Source: the human T2T-CHM13v2.0 reference genome, Homo sapiens
DNA: 64,000 bases
Reading direction: 5' to 3' (one strand)
Assembly: GCF_009914755.1 (NCBI RefSeq)
Contig: NC_060939.1
Shown: positions 9,789 to 23,510 of the stretch, in pieces
How positions within the stretch are numbered: the stretch's first letter is position 1
Layout: each line of letters starts with the position of its first letter
Translations under genes and position numbers: made by a program
Notes under the pieces: generated by a model
Databases searched by the model: none
The model's input: only the letters and a program-made list of their open reading frames with translations
What the model was told of the DNA's origin: nothing

Positions 9789-12156
9789 GGTGTGCTATCA
9801 TGTCTTGGACTCCATCCACACTATAGTTTCAAAGTTCCACTGACGGGGGAAAGTTGGTGCTTTGGTCCTCCGAAGATGTCACCTTTCGACCTTGCCCGAT
9901 CTTGTTTCACCAGACTCTAGCCCATGTCATGGTTTTAAAATACATAAACTTCTGACAGCTTCCCATATTTATAAGTTACTTATAAGTGCTGCACGTATTA
10001 GAATTTTTTTTTTTCAGACCAGTAAAGTTAGAGAAAAGACGCTGTAAAGGAAAAGCAAGTGAGAGTATGTGTAGGACACTGACAGTGTGTGGGCACCAGT
10101 TCTGAAGAGGAGGGGAGCTGCTGGAGCCCTAGCCTGTTGGGGAAAAGCTGGCACACTCTTGGCTCGCCCTCTTTGAGTGGAGCTGATCCAACACCTCATG
10201 CCTGCCTTGGCCGGACACTGAGAGGAGGGGCACACGTGCTTCCAGAGACACTCAGGAGTCAGACCCCAATGCTCAGAGTCACAATGTGTTCATGGCCTCC
10301 TGTAACAGGACTCTGGGGATCCCCTCTGTGGCCCAGCCCACCCCACCCTCTGCTCTTCTATGCTGTGCCCAGGGCAGCTGCCCTCTTCTGCCTGTGCCCC
10401 ATCCCATCCTGAAAACCCAGGACCAAGGCAGGGGCAGGCAGCCAGTTCTTCCACCTTGCCTCAGAGTCATTTAAAACCTTTACTGCATTTGATACCAGAA
10501 AAGCCTCCAGAGACAAACCAAATGCAAAGGCCTTTCCTTTATAACTCTAAAGAACAGGCATCGAAAGTTTATTTTTGTAGGAGCTATATAAATACTCACC
10601 TTTCTGGAGTCGTCCAGTGCTGGGAGCTTTGGGGAGTTTGGTTCTCAGTTATCACCTGGTATGGTCCCAGTTTCTCATCTGTCCTTTCCTCATCCACCCT
10701 GCACATGTGTATGTGAACGGCTTCGTGGCCGGTGTGGTGGTTTCTCATTTCATAAGATAGTTGAAGGGCCATGCCTTGTCTGGATGTTATTTAATAGGCA
10801 CTACTGCGGTGTCCTCAGATGGTACTGAGGGGGCCTTCTGGTCCTTCAAAGGAAAATAACACAGGCATGAGTTCATTTGGGAGTGTGAACTTTCAGAACA
10901 CCTAATAAGAGAGTGGTGTCAGAGTAAAAACGGCCCCAGGTCTGGAGCATAGAAGTGTATCTCTGTGAAGAGAGAGCCGGTGTGTTGACATGTGGTTCTT
11001 CTCACACCCCTCTACTCCTCGAGGGCTTTGAATCCTTGGGCTGATTTTTGTGCCAGAAATTGCTGTTCCCGATGGCCAAAAGGGGAACCTGAACTGGATT
11101 TCAGAACTGCCCAGTGATTTGAAAATTTAGATTTTACTTGGGCCTTTCAGGAGTCTTTAGATAGGGATGCTGAGGTCATATTTAGTTCAATGAACAGCCC
11201 TTGTTTAAGTTTTGCCAGTGTCCAGCCAGCTGTGGCCCTGGCCATCTGTGCAGGCAGGTTCCTCAATTCCTGGTTGGCCCTGCAGTCGGTCAACACAGTC
11301 CCTCCAGGTCGGCTGCAGAGGCAGCTGCCCAGCCTGCAGTCTATGCACGGGCCTTAAGAAATGAGCTGCCTGTAGCCTCACGGCATATGCTTTTATCAGG
11401 GAAAACCCTTCGAGCTTCTTCTGATTCTCACCTGCTTGCTTTCTGGCTGTCTTAGTCAGTGTGTTTACAGGCAACTAAAGCCTGTTCCTAATTTATCAAA
11501 AAATTATAACCAAAATTCACCATAGCCTAAGAGAGTAAACCCCACCTCCAAAGTGATGCCAAGGCCAAAACCTCATCAAGGAACCAGACACAGGTCAAAA
11601 GTGGTGAGCAAGCCATGGTCTCTGCTCCTGGGGAACTCACACGCTGACCCCCGAGGAGCCTTGGTTTCCTCCCTGGCAGATAGTCCCCAGAATCTTCTCT
11701 CCCAGCTTTGAGGTTCTGGGCTCTGGAAAGGCCTCTGGGATGCTGGCCTTAAGATCTCAGCACAGACTATCAGCATGTTCCATTCTCAGATTCCTGGAGG
11801 AAAGGTACCCTCTGTTGACCAAGGGGCTGGCTGCTTCTGAGACTTACCAACCCAAGAAATTTGGAGACATTCCCCTCAGGCTAAAAGGCAGCGGTCCCCA
11901 GAGTTCAGAAAGCAAAAGATCTTGACAACTGTGCCAGTAGTGGCTCTGGTCCTATCTCTCCACAGTGCTGGCCTCTGCTGGGGAAGGCATCTTTCCCAAA
12001 GGTATCCCCAAGTACCATGTTGAAAATGTCCTCAGTCTGTTGCTCCATCTTTCTGAGCCTCTGCTTGGTATGTCATGTTTATGGTCACTACGGATGAGTG
12101 TGTGCAGAGTTTGGGTTGATTCTTTTAAATGCTACAAACAAGAGCTATTTCTTTTC

Positions 12157-12162
12157 AATAAA
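12157..12162 (+). terminator. Candidate alternative poly(A) signal AATAAA
   Basis: Exact hexamer with a U-rich upstream context, ~250 nt before the distal signal. Confidence 0.5.
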
Positions 12163-12409
12163 AAAGGTTTGGATTCGGCCTCTTCCTCTGAGCCCACCTC
12201 CCAGCCCTCCAGGGAGCATCAGTGTACCTGAGTCACTTTGTCTGCATCTCTTCATCCCACAAAACACGAGGCTGGGTCTCATTCAGCGGCCTCTCACCAA
12301 CCTTCAAGATCCAGAAGAAAACAGGAACGTTCAGCTCTGCCCTGTGTCGTATCTAATCACATACATTAATTTATCTAACCACATAAGTTATTTTTTTTTA
12401 TTTGCCAGA

Positions 12410-12415
12410 AATAAA
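12410..12415 (+). terminator. Distal polyadenylation signal AATAAA
   Basis: AATAAA preceded by a U-rich tract (ttattttttttta) and followed after ~18 nt by GT-rich ctgtgtgg. Confidence 0.8.
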
Positions 12416-14019
12416 CCTTTAAAGGAACAAACCTGTGTGGAGGACTCATGGGAATGGGAGGAAGATGGAAAAGAAGGGGGAAGAGACTGTCTTTATCATG
12501 AGAGTAAAATTCCACCTTGAGGACTAGCTCCATAGTTACCAGAGGTATGTCAGGAGAGAGCACGTGTGTGTGAGTGAGTGACAGACGCAGAGCCACAGGG
12601 TGCCACAGAATTTCATGTAGCTTTGCTGACAAGAGTTAACTTGGAGAAACTCCAGGAGCAGGCGTCCTGGACAAGTAGCTAGGGGGCTTTTTGGCTTTAC
12701 ATACCGCCTCTGTCAGAAGACCGCACAGCTGAATACAGAAGTGCATATGGGATCATCTCCAATCTTGACCCAGGTCCTGGCACAGGAAGGTTAGGTTCAC
12801 TTCTGACAGCTGAGGCCACAACTGCAACCCCCGGAGACTGCCAGGCCCTCCTTCCTGTTTGGACTGGGAATTGCTGGGGGCCAGAAGTCCTTGTTTGTGG
12901 CGGGGCAGCCAGACTTAGAAAAGTGTGAGGCATTTCTAATCTGCAAGAGGGGGTGTCAAAGAATCACCATCGCAACGAAGAGAGTCACTGGTATGTCTAA
13001 CAACCAATAAGAAAGATTTTTTTTCACGCTTGAAAGGATGATTTAGGATCTCTAAGCCAGTTGATAATGAAGGTTTTTATATCTTTGATTAACAAGAACA
13101 ACAAAAATGAGATTGGAGCTGACCACACCCAAAATGAATGTGGGAAGCCTGAGCCGACCAGGAAGGGGTGAGAGGACTGACTGACTTAATGAGCCTCCTG
13201 GGTGTCAGCTCGGTGCTGCTGGACACCCAGAGCCCAGCCCTCCGCAGCTGTGGGGAAGGTGGTGTGGCCATTTTGCAGAGCGGCAAACCAAGACTCATGC
13301 AGAAGTGGTGTCTGCAGGAGTTCAGATCCTCTGCACACGCAGCTCAATCAGGCTGACCCATCAACTACGACCTTAACTTAGAAGTGCCCCAGCCCCTGCT
13401 GTGTGTAGGACTCTGGGGACCCGAGCCTAATTCCTGGAGGAGGTCACAGTCCAGGGAGGGCAAACATTGACCCAAGGGTGTGGGAGTAAAGGGCAGAGCC
13501 CTGAAGCTGGGAAGGATTTCCAAGAGGAGGACATTTGGCCCGACTCCTAATAAATAGGAGTTCCCCAGCAGAGAAGGGATGGGGGTGGCACTCCAGGCTG
13601 CAGGAACCGCACTTAGGTAGGCCTGGGTTTCTGAAGAGGCAGTTGCTTAAGGAGGTGAACAATTCCCTGAGGCCGGCAAGGAGGCAGCCAGGAGCACACC
13701 GTGAGGGGCCTTGTGTCAGGGAGGGCACTTCAGGTCCAGTCATAAGATGAATCACTCTGCAGGAGATCAGGAGAGAGATTCTGTGCAGGGAAAATGCATG
13801 ATGGAAACAGGAGATGCACTAACAAAGGTCAGCAACTGGAGAATGAATTCGGTTCCAAGGTAAAAAAAATTCAAAGCAGGGTGAGCTGGGCCACAGAGCT
13901 GCCCAGTGGGAGATGCTGTAGTGGGAGGGGCTGCTGCCAGAGGTAGGATGGGGGAGCCGCGTTCCATCTCTAAGTTAGCTAACACCTACCCTACACCTAC
14001 CACGTGCCAGACACGCACC

Positions 14020-14230
14020 ATTATCACCTTTATTTAATCCTCACAACTATACCCTGTACAACGCATGGGTGCTCTTATCTCCATTTTATAGCCAGCAAGG
14101 CTGAGGCACAGAGAGGTTAGGTAACTTGCCCAAGGCCACACAGCTAGCAGAACGGGGATCTCCCAACCACTATGTTAAGATCACCCAGCTAGTGAGTGGC
14201 AAAGCAAGGATTGAAATTCCAATTTGTTTC
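14020..14230 (-). mobile_element. MIR SINE fragment
   Basis: tccattttata...ctgaggcacagagaggttaggtaacttgcccaaggccacacagct. Confidence 0.75.
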
Positions 14231-16666
14231 CAAAGCTTTTTTTTTTTTTTTAAATCAAGAGCATAGGGAGAACCTCAGTCAGACCTGGCTAGTGGGATAG
14301 ATATTAAGCAGGCAGACACAGGGAGAGGGAGCTGGGGGCAGACGGAACTGTGTGCATATGGCAGAACCTGGGATGTGCTGGGGGCTCCTGGGCGAGTAGG
14401 GAAAGAGACCATAGGGGCTGGTGGGGGCTGCAGGAGAGGCCAAGTCTGCACATGTCTGGTGAGGGGAAGAAGAAGACATTCTGAGACCACTGAGTGAGCC
14501 CGTGCTACCGAGCTTGTTCTGTATCATGCAGTCACAGAGAGCCTTGCTTTACTTTATTCCCACTGAGTGTCTCCAAAACCCTGTTTTCAGACCACAGCTC
14601 TATCCTGGGTTTAAAACCACAGCGTTCACAGGTAGTTCTGTGGTTCCGAGATACTCCACCAGGCATTTTTATCTGAACACCTTCCACCCCAAGCAGAGCA
14701 CAATTGCAGGAGTTCTGCTGCCTGAACTCCCCAAGGGGAGAAGCCCCAGCCCAGACCCTCTATGGCCAGGCTGACCTGGGGGTGGTGGGCGGAAAACCCT
14801 GCCTGTGTGGGCTGGCACCTAGGAGGGGCAGTAACAGCCTGAGCTCTTGCGGCCATATTCAGAGCCTCCTGCCTGTTTGGGCCTCTCTCAGGATAATCTG
14901 CAGCTTATTTTCAGAAAGAGAAGTTTAATTCCCTTAAGCTCACAACTAAATGTTGGAGAAATGCTTTCTGGACTCATCAGAAGGCTGACCATGTTCCACA
15001 TGGGGTCCAAGACTTGGGGTAGCCCAGGGTGAGAAGGGGCCCAGAGGGAGGCCCTCAGTCCCATGCGCCCAGCACCCTGGTGTTGCAGAGGCATTTGGAA
15101 AAGCAGGAAGGGAGAGGTGCTTAGAGGCTCCGGGGCAGAGATGGGCTGGTGTCCTCTCAGCTCCCTGACTCTATGGGCATGAGAGGAGATGGAAGGAGAA
15201 GGCAAGGCACGGTTCTTCCCTCCAGAGATCTCAGACCACCCTGGAGAAGCCCGTCTCCTGCAAGGAGAAATGAGAGCAATGCCAAGTTATCCAGTGTGGT
15301 GGGAGGCCAGCAGGACTCCAGCCTCAGGGCGGGTCCTTGGGAGGGTAGGACTGAGGAGGAGGTGGGCTGGAGTAGATTCTCAAAGGATGGGAAGTAGCCT
15401 GGGCTACTGAACAGAGCAGAGAGAACATTTAGGGTGTTAGGCATGCAGGCAGGAAGGAGGGATACGGGGAGAGGACCATGCAAGGCCTAAACCTGGAGGG
15501 ACAGGTAGGGACAAAGGCTGTCTGGCAGGGCCTGCACTCCTTGGAATCAGGGCTCCGTTCCAAAGGAATAAGGGGCCAGGGAAGCAGGGGAAGACATGAC
15601 AAACCTTTCAGGCTGGCTGCCACTCTGCCTCAGTGCTACATTCTCCAATGTCTGCAAGCTCATCATCAGCTCACCTGATGGATCGGGGCATTTTGCTTGG
15701 CTACCAGCAAGCCACATAACAGTCCTGTTCCCTGGTTTGCATCCTAGAGGCACCTATGTTTGCTGATTCGATGGATCCTGACAGAGCAGTTTGCCAATCA
15801 CGGAGCTTCCTGGGTTGCGTGGAGGAAAGCCCTCTGCACCCAAGTTTGCAGTCCTTGCTGTTCTGCATCCCAGGTGGTTCTGACCACAGGGGGCAGTGTG
15901 GTTCCATAGGACACCGATAGATCGGGTAGCCCTGTTTCCTGGAGAGAAAAAGGAGGTGTTTCATGGGTAAATAAGTATCAGAAATCAGGCTATGAAAGGT
16001 AAATAGGTTAATAATTTAATAAGTCTCTATGAGACTTCTTGGAGCCTTTAAGATACTCATATGCACTGGATATCTCCAAAAGGAGCCTATAATATATGGG
16101 GTTGCCCCAATTTGGAGGCCCTTGGAGCAGTTTTTAATTTCAGTATATTTTGAGGGACAGATATTCCAAAGATCACACCTTGGGAAACACTGCTCCCAAA
16201 TCCTATTGCAATTACTGTCTCTCCTCCCCTCTTAGCATGTCACATATCCCGTCTAGTGTTACTAGGTAGTATTTCGCCTGTGCAGCAGCCTCATCTAGGT
16301 CGGAGGCAGGGATCTCATGCAGCCTCCCTAGCACCCAAAACCAAGCCTTGGACATGTGAGATATTTAATAAAGATTGATTGCCTGGGAGAAAACTTCAGA
16401 CCATGCAGTTTGTAACTCGTGTTTATGACCTGCTTGGTGTCAGCTGCTTTGAACTCTGGCTGATTTGAGCTTGAACAAACTAAAAAAGCCTGTTCCCAAA
16501 CACCTACCACCCACCACAGCTGTCTTCTTCCTCCTCCCCACCTCCCCGTGGCCTTGCCATGCCACAGGGCAACATTATTGCCTAAGACTAAAATAGTTTC
16601 TCTGAAAATCGCTTTCCTAGGGTTTCCTTCCTGAAACAGCTGCAAGGAAACACAACTTGATCCTAA

Positions 16667-17077
<411 letters not shown>

Positions 17078-17361
17078 TGAGCCAATCCCTACACAACGGT
17101 GCCCCTGGTCTGAATGCCAGTGGGATGTGAGGACCATCTGAAAAAGAAGGGAAAGGTAGAGGGGAAAGGGTACTTTAAGAAGCAGAGTTTCCTCCTGCAG
17201 CTGCATGCTCCAAAAGGGCACTTGAAATTCAACTCCCTAATCCTTCCTTCCCTTTTCTTGCCTCATGTAGTACAATGAAGTGAAAAGAACCTACAAGGGC
17301 TTTGAACGTCAGAGAGACATGGCTCTGAGCAAGTCTTAGCTTTCACGCCTGTTGATAGACA

Positions 17362-18262
17362 GTGTACTTGACTTCCCAGCATCTACTCCCCTCTGCCTAT
17401 GGAGTCCAGCAATATTTGGGGGGAGTTGGCCTCAAGTCAAGGATAATACCATTCCCCCTGCTAGTGACTGGTTCTGGAATGGACATATAACCTGATTCTG
17501 GCCAAGGAGATAAGAGAAAATATCTGCTGGAGATAAGAGGAAACACATTCTTGACAGTTTACTGAGTGGATAATATGTATTTCTCTTTCCTACTCCCAGA
17601 TTCCAAATTCCCTGCTTTTTTGGCCCACCTCACCACAAAAGCTCCATAGTTTATTCATCTAAGTTTGCATGGATGCTTCTTTGGGGGAACTGCAGGAGTT
17701 CATGGAAGAGTTTCAGAAAGGAATGAGAATGCCTCAGGAGTTGTTCTGTGATGGAAATTGGCCTGTTGTTCTGTTAATGCTGCTAGAAACTTACAGCGCT
17801 TAACAAAAATCTATTCTTTTAGTAAAAAAAAAAAAAAAGTATTCCCTTTTCTTTCATAGCTACATGAAAGCAATCTTGAAAATGTGACCAATGAAAACGG
17901 TGTTATCCTTGACTTGAGGCCAAGTCCCCAAAATATTGCTGCACTCCACAAGGCAGAGGGGAGTCGATGTTGGGAAGTCAAGCACAATGTCTATCATATA
18001 TCCCCAACAGGCTCTCTCTTCCCTATCAGTAGTGAATGAAAAAGCCACTTTCTGACCACAAGCAGCACCAGCCTCATCGTGGAGCCTCCCGCAAGGATGG
18101 TGGAATGAAGGCAATCGAAGAATCTGTATCTTTGGTGGCAGTGTCGATCGGTTTGTCTAACCTAATTCTTCCAGGCTTCCCAATCACTAACCAGATACAC
18201 TTCTGCCACATTTAAGCCAGACAGAGTTGGGCTTGCAGCCAAGGTGCCCTAACTAATGCCAG
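17362..18262 (+). mobile_element. Old MaLR (MLT1-type) solo LTR interrupted by a ~460-bp composite insertion
   Basis: 5' part gtgactggttctggaatggacatataacctgattctggccaa; 3' part tttaagcca...ttgcagccaaggtgccctaactaatgcca. Confidence 0.5.
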
Positions 18263-19365
18263 GTAGCAGTCGCATGGGAAAAGGCCAACAAGCATTTGAC
18301 CACATACTAGGCATGCAGCGAAATTTTGTTCCGTTTTCCTTCACACCTACATGAAAGCAATCTTGAAAATGTGACCAATGAAAACCCCACTGCGTCCACT
18401 TTCAAGAGTTAACTGAGCACTCGTGCCCCTAACGTGGTGCCAGACTCACAGTAGGTCTTCAACAAATGTTTACTTTTTGATGCATCTCTAGAGTGTGATG
18501 TTGGTAACACCCGGATTCCAGTATATGGCTTACTTGATGGGTATGGAAAAGGATAGCAGACTTATTACAGACAGCAGCCATCCCAGTCCTGTTTCTAGAC
18601 TCTGGGATGAGCGGTCGGGGCACAGGTCTCCCCACCCCTAGTCTCCATCCCTGCGCTCTGAGAAGCTAGAGAAGTCTGTGGCCAATCACCTACACAGCAA
18701 ACCATGTGAGGAATGTCTGGTATTTGGGTATGTGGTATGGTATGGGTTTGTTTTTCCTGTTCATCATCACTTAGGATGGAAATCTTTAACTATTTTGACT
18801 GGAGGCATGAGCGTGGAGCTCAGGACCCCAGGGATTGGAAGGTGGGGGAGGGCACAGGACAGTCCTGGTCTTTTTTCTGCTCCTGGGACTAAATGGCACC
18901 ATCCCTGACCTGGTGTGTTGTGCTCAGTCTCTGACTTTTCCCTGTGGCCCCACAAAAGCGTTGATTTCGAAGCAGCAGTAGCAGCAGGGGGAAGACATTT
19001 CCTCGGGCAGGGAATCACTGAAAGCTACAGAGACGAGTCTGGCAGGAAGGAGACTCAGCCCCTGCATGGCGGGGCTGGTTGTCCTTTGTGCTCAGTGTCT
19101 AGCTCCTAAGTTCCGCACAGGGGACAGAATCTGGGCTGAAATCTGAGACTTAGGTTCTGGTTCTGGCTGGGTGATCTTGGGCAAATTTCTTTATTTCTTG
19201 GAAACTTTTTGTTTTTATGTATTAACAGGCCTTTTGCCATGACTCTGAGTCTGGATGGTGAATATCCTTGATCTTTGGCAGCTACCAATTCTTTGAGAAT
19301 AAATTATATACTAGGTGCTCTACTGGGTGTTTTATGAATATCGTTATTTTCCTCATCACAGATAA

Positions 19366-19757
<392 letters not shown>

Positions 19758-20910
19758 AACCCCATTTTATAAATGAGGAAATGGAAGCACAATAAAATCA
19801 AATGCAACTAGAAAATTTTGTGCAACTAGGAAACAACAGATCCAAGAAGCAAACCCTGGCAGCCTGGCTCAGAATTTGTATCCTCGACCACTGTCTTCTA
19901 TTATTATTTGTTATTTAATTTTTATATAACAACATTATATAAATGGAGCATTATATCCACTTTATGGCTGAGGATACTAAAACTGAGAGACATCTTACAA
20001 GTCAGCCAATATGACACAGCTTTTAAAAGGTGGAGCCAAGAGCTAAACCGAGCTGTGCTATCCAAAGGTTTCCACCACCCCGGGCCACCTCTTTACAGAT
20101 CAATACACCCACAGAGAGAAGACTCCAGACTCCAGGGTGACCACTGCAGCTTGGTGGATTTGATCTTGGAGGTCTCCATTTTTGTAGGCATGATGAGGAT
20201 GTCAAAGTCTATTTTTCAAAAGTTAAAAAAACATGGCTCATACAAATATACAGTGAGCATGTGTCAAAGATTTAACTCACTAATCAAAGAACCAGCACAA
20301 TGACAAGGTTCATTTAAAAATATGTAGAATATTCATCATCACTGAGAAAAAAGAATACTGCAATTAAGATTCCTAAATTAGTTATGAAGTTAATTATCCT
20401 ATCAGGCAGCAAAACTATAACCTTTGGGGTTGTCATCTATCCTATCGGAGAAAATTACAGCACTTCTATTCAAGAATCCAATGAGTCTCTTATAACTGAA
20501 CATCTACCTGGGGTAATGTAATATCCTCATCAATAGAAAATAGATCAAAACAAAGGAATATATCCCTAGAGAATGGCAGAAGCCTCGAAAGGATCTGTGA
20601 GTGAATTCCAAGTAAGTGCGGGGTGTTCTTTCTAAACACAGGGCACTGAGCCAGTGCCCAGCCATGGCATTGTAAGCTAGAGAAGCACGATGTCTAGATG
20701 AGAAGACCAACAACAAGGTTCAAAGGGGGTGCCACCATTTTGTGTGCTTGTGCTATGCTCTCTGAGCCACAGCTTTATTTTCTGTAAGAAAGAAGATTCT
20801 GTTTTTTAATTGGGAGAACAATTCTCTCTCTTCAACCTCACAGAATTTTTGCCAGGATCAGCCAAGAGTGGACATAATAGGACTGGGTCAGTGATTGCTC
20901 TGGCTTCTGA

Positions 20911-21309
<399 letters not shown>

Positions 21310-21557
21310 TGAAAAATGTAAAAGCCCTCAGCTTTCTGTGATGTTCTAGCAAACACTGGCACATCCAGAGGAACATGTGCCACTTTCGGGCCAAGCCAGC
21401 AAAATGATTACGAAAGTCTTTGAAGACCTAAGTCACATTAATGACTCAGAACTGCTGTGTTTTTGACAATGAAGCTTTGGATGGACACACTGACCCAGTG
21501 TCGTCTCACCAACCATCCCAGGGTGAGCTCAGAAGGGGACATATGTCACAGTCTTAA

Positions 21558-21782
21558 TCAGCAATTGGCAAGTTTTTCCTTTAAAGGGCCAGATTGTAAA
21601 TATTTTAGGCTTAGCAGGCCACATACAGCCTCTGTTGTTGCATTTTTTTTAATGTGCATGTTATGTTTTTTTTTTGTTTGTTCTAACATTTTAAAAATGT
21701 AAAAGCTATCCTTGGCTCACCTGGCTGTGCAAAAATAAGCAGCGGGCTGGATTTGGCTCATGGACTGCAGATTGCAGGCCCA
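21558..21782. mobile_element. MER58-like hAT-Charlie MITE
   Basis: taaagggccagattgtaaatattttaggctt...gcgggctggatttggc. Confidence 0.75.
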
Positions 21783-22764
21783 GGTGTTCCTGGCTTATTT
21801 GCAGGTGGTGGAAAGACCACAGGCTTTGGAGCTGAAACTGACTTTGAATCCTGCTGTCCTCACTTTCCAGCTGTGCGAGCTTGGACACGCCTCCTTACCC
21901 CTGAGCCTCTGTCCTAATCAGCAGAATTCTTGCATGAAATACTCGCTGCACGTCTACTACCTTGCCAAGCACAAAAGCAATGCTTATGAGGCTGGAATAA
22001 AATGAAAAAGCTCCGGCATGGGAAAGGAATGTGGCAGAAGGCACGCTGACTATTGCTTGAACCCTGAAGTGATTTGGGCTGCCCTGGGTGGGAGACCATG
22101 AAAAGGGCCTTCGGTTCCATGATGATAGCCTAGAATCGGATACGCTGCATGACAACATCCCAAGGACTCGAATTCAGCCCACTGGGGCTGGGTCCCGAGC
22201 ACCTGTATGTTTTAAATACAGATCCTCCAGGAGTCTGCCCTGAAGCCTGGGTTTAAGAAGCCGCCAAGGAGTTTCCCACAAGTTTGTGGGTCCAGCGGCA
22301 GAGGCTCCAAGTGGTCTGAAAATGGGCATTCATGCAGTCGGCACGGCATCTGCCTGGTTCCCACCTGCACCCAGCTAAGCCTGGTAACCTTCAAATCAAA
22401 GCCTTTCCCCCCAGTTTGCTAAGGGTGAAACATGTGCTCACAGCACCAGCTTAAAAGACTATTTCATGCCAAAATAATAACAAGTGTTTTTATGACAGCA
22501 CAGAAATGGTACCAATAGTCATGGCCCAACATCCCATTACCACCATCGCAGGGAAGAAAACTGGCATTTCGGAGCGAGAACTGATGTGAACCCGTTGTCT
22601 GACGCCTGCATCTGTCCCAGCCTTGTTCACAGATGCAGATGCTGAAGCTCAGAGGCATCACCCAAGGCCCAAGGCCACAGGGTTAATAAATGATTTTGAT
22701 AAAGAGAGAGAGGCCCAGCGAGTGTCCAGTGAGAATGGTTTCTCCTGTGAATTGCAGTCCCGTA

Positions 22765-22977
22765 TAGCAAGGGCTCACCTAAGGTCATCAATAGGTTCTT
22801 GGAGTCTTGACTTTAAGAGAAGCAATAGACAGCAAGTTTCCAAATAATGTCGTTTTGTTCAGTGTGATTTCATTATAACATTGATGAGGAAAAAAATTGG
22901 TTTCGTCCATCATACGTCATTTTGCTCAAAGTCACAGTTTCCAAGAACCTAATGACATTAAGTAAAGATTTACTGTG
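22765..22977. mobile_element. MER6-like TcMar-Tigger MITE
   Basis: Degenerate terminal inverted repeats (ataggttcttgga / tccaagaaccta); internal attataacattgatgaggaaaaaaa. Confidence 0.7.
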
Positions 22978-23162
22978 GATTTATGGACACTTTGCTTTGT
23001 GGCATTTTCTTATGGGTATAGAACAAATGTTCCATTGTTCTGACCTATACCCATAGGTTGTGTAGGTCAGAAAAATGGGACATTTATGCCAAGAATTTTC
23101 AAGTGGAATTTTTTTTTAATCTTTTTGAGCTCAAGTTTCTTTAATTTAAAAAAGCAAATTCC

Positions 23163-23510
<348 letters not shown>

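Larger units (their letters stand above)
1..12431 (+). other. TLN2: 3' portion of the talin-2 gene (last five coding exons, introns and 3' UTR); the gene begins upstream of the window
   Basis: The spliced exons translate to QADETLDFEEQILEAAKSIAAATSALVK...VGSIPANAADDGQWSQGLISAARMVAAATSSLCEAAN...LLVACKVKADQDSEAMRRLQAAGNAVKRASDNLV...IIAAQEEMLKKERELEEARKKLAQIRQQQYKFLPTELREDEG*. This is the talin I/LWEQ C-terminus with the talin-2-type tail. All introns are GT-AG, phase 0. Confidence 0.97.
8411..12431 (+). other. TLN2: TLN2 3' UTR (~4 kb)
   Basis: Essentially transposon-free stretch after the stop codon, ending ~15-20 nt after the AATAAA at 12410; the 3' end is approximate. Confidence 0.8.

Noticed and set aside
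9969-9985. Short palindrome ttataagt-t-acttataa in the 3' UTR
   Set aside because: 8-bp AT-rich arms; expected by chance in 64 kb
1-12431. miR-190a (intronic in TLN2)
   Set aside because: I did not see its mature sequence TGATATGTTTGATATATTAGGT here; it should lie in an intron upstream of the window
12098-12520. 140-aa ORF spanning the poly(A) site
   Set aside because: Non-ATG start, no recognisable domain, crosses the cleavage site
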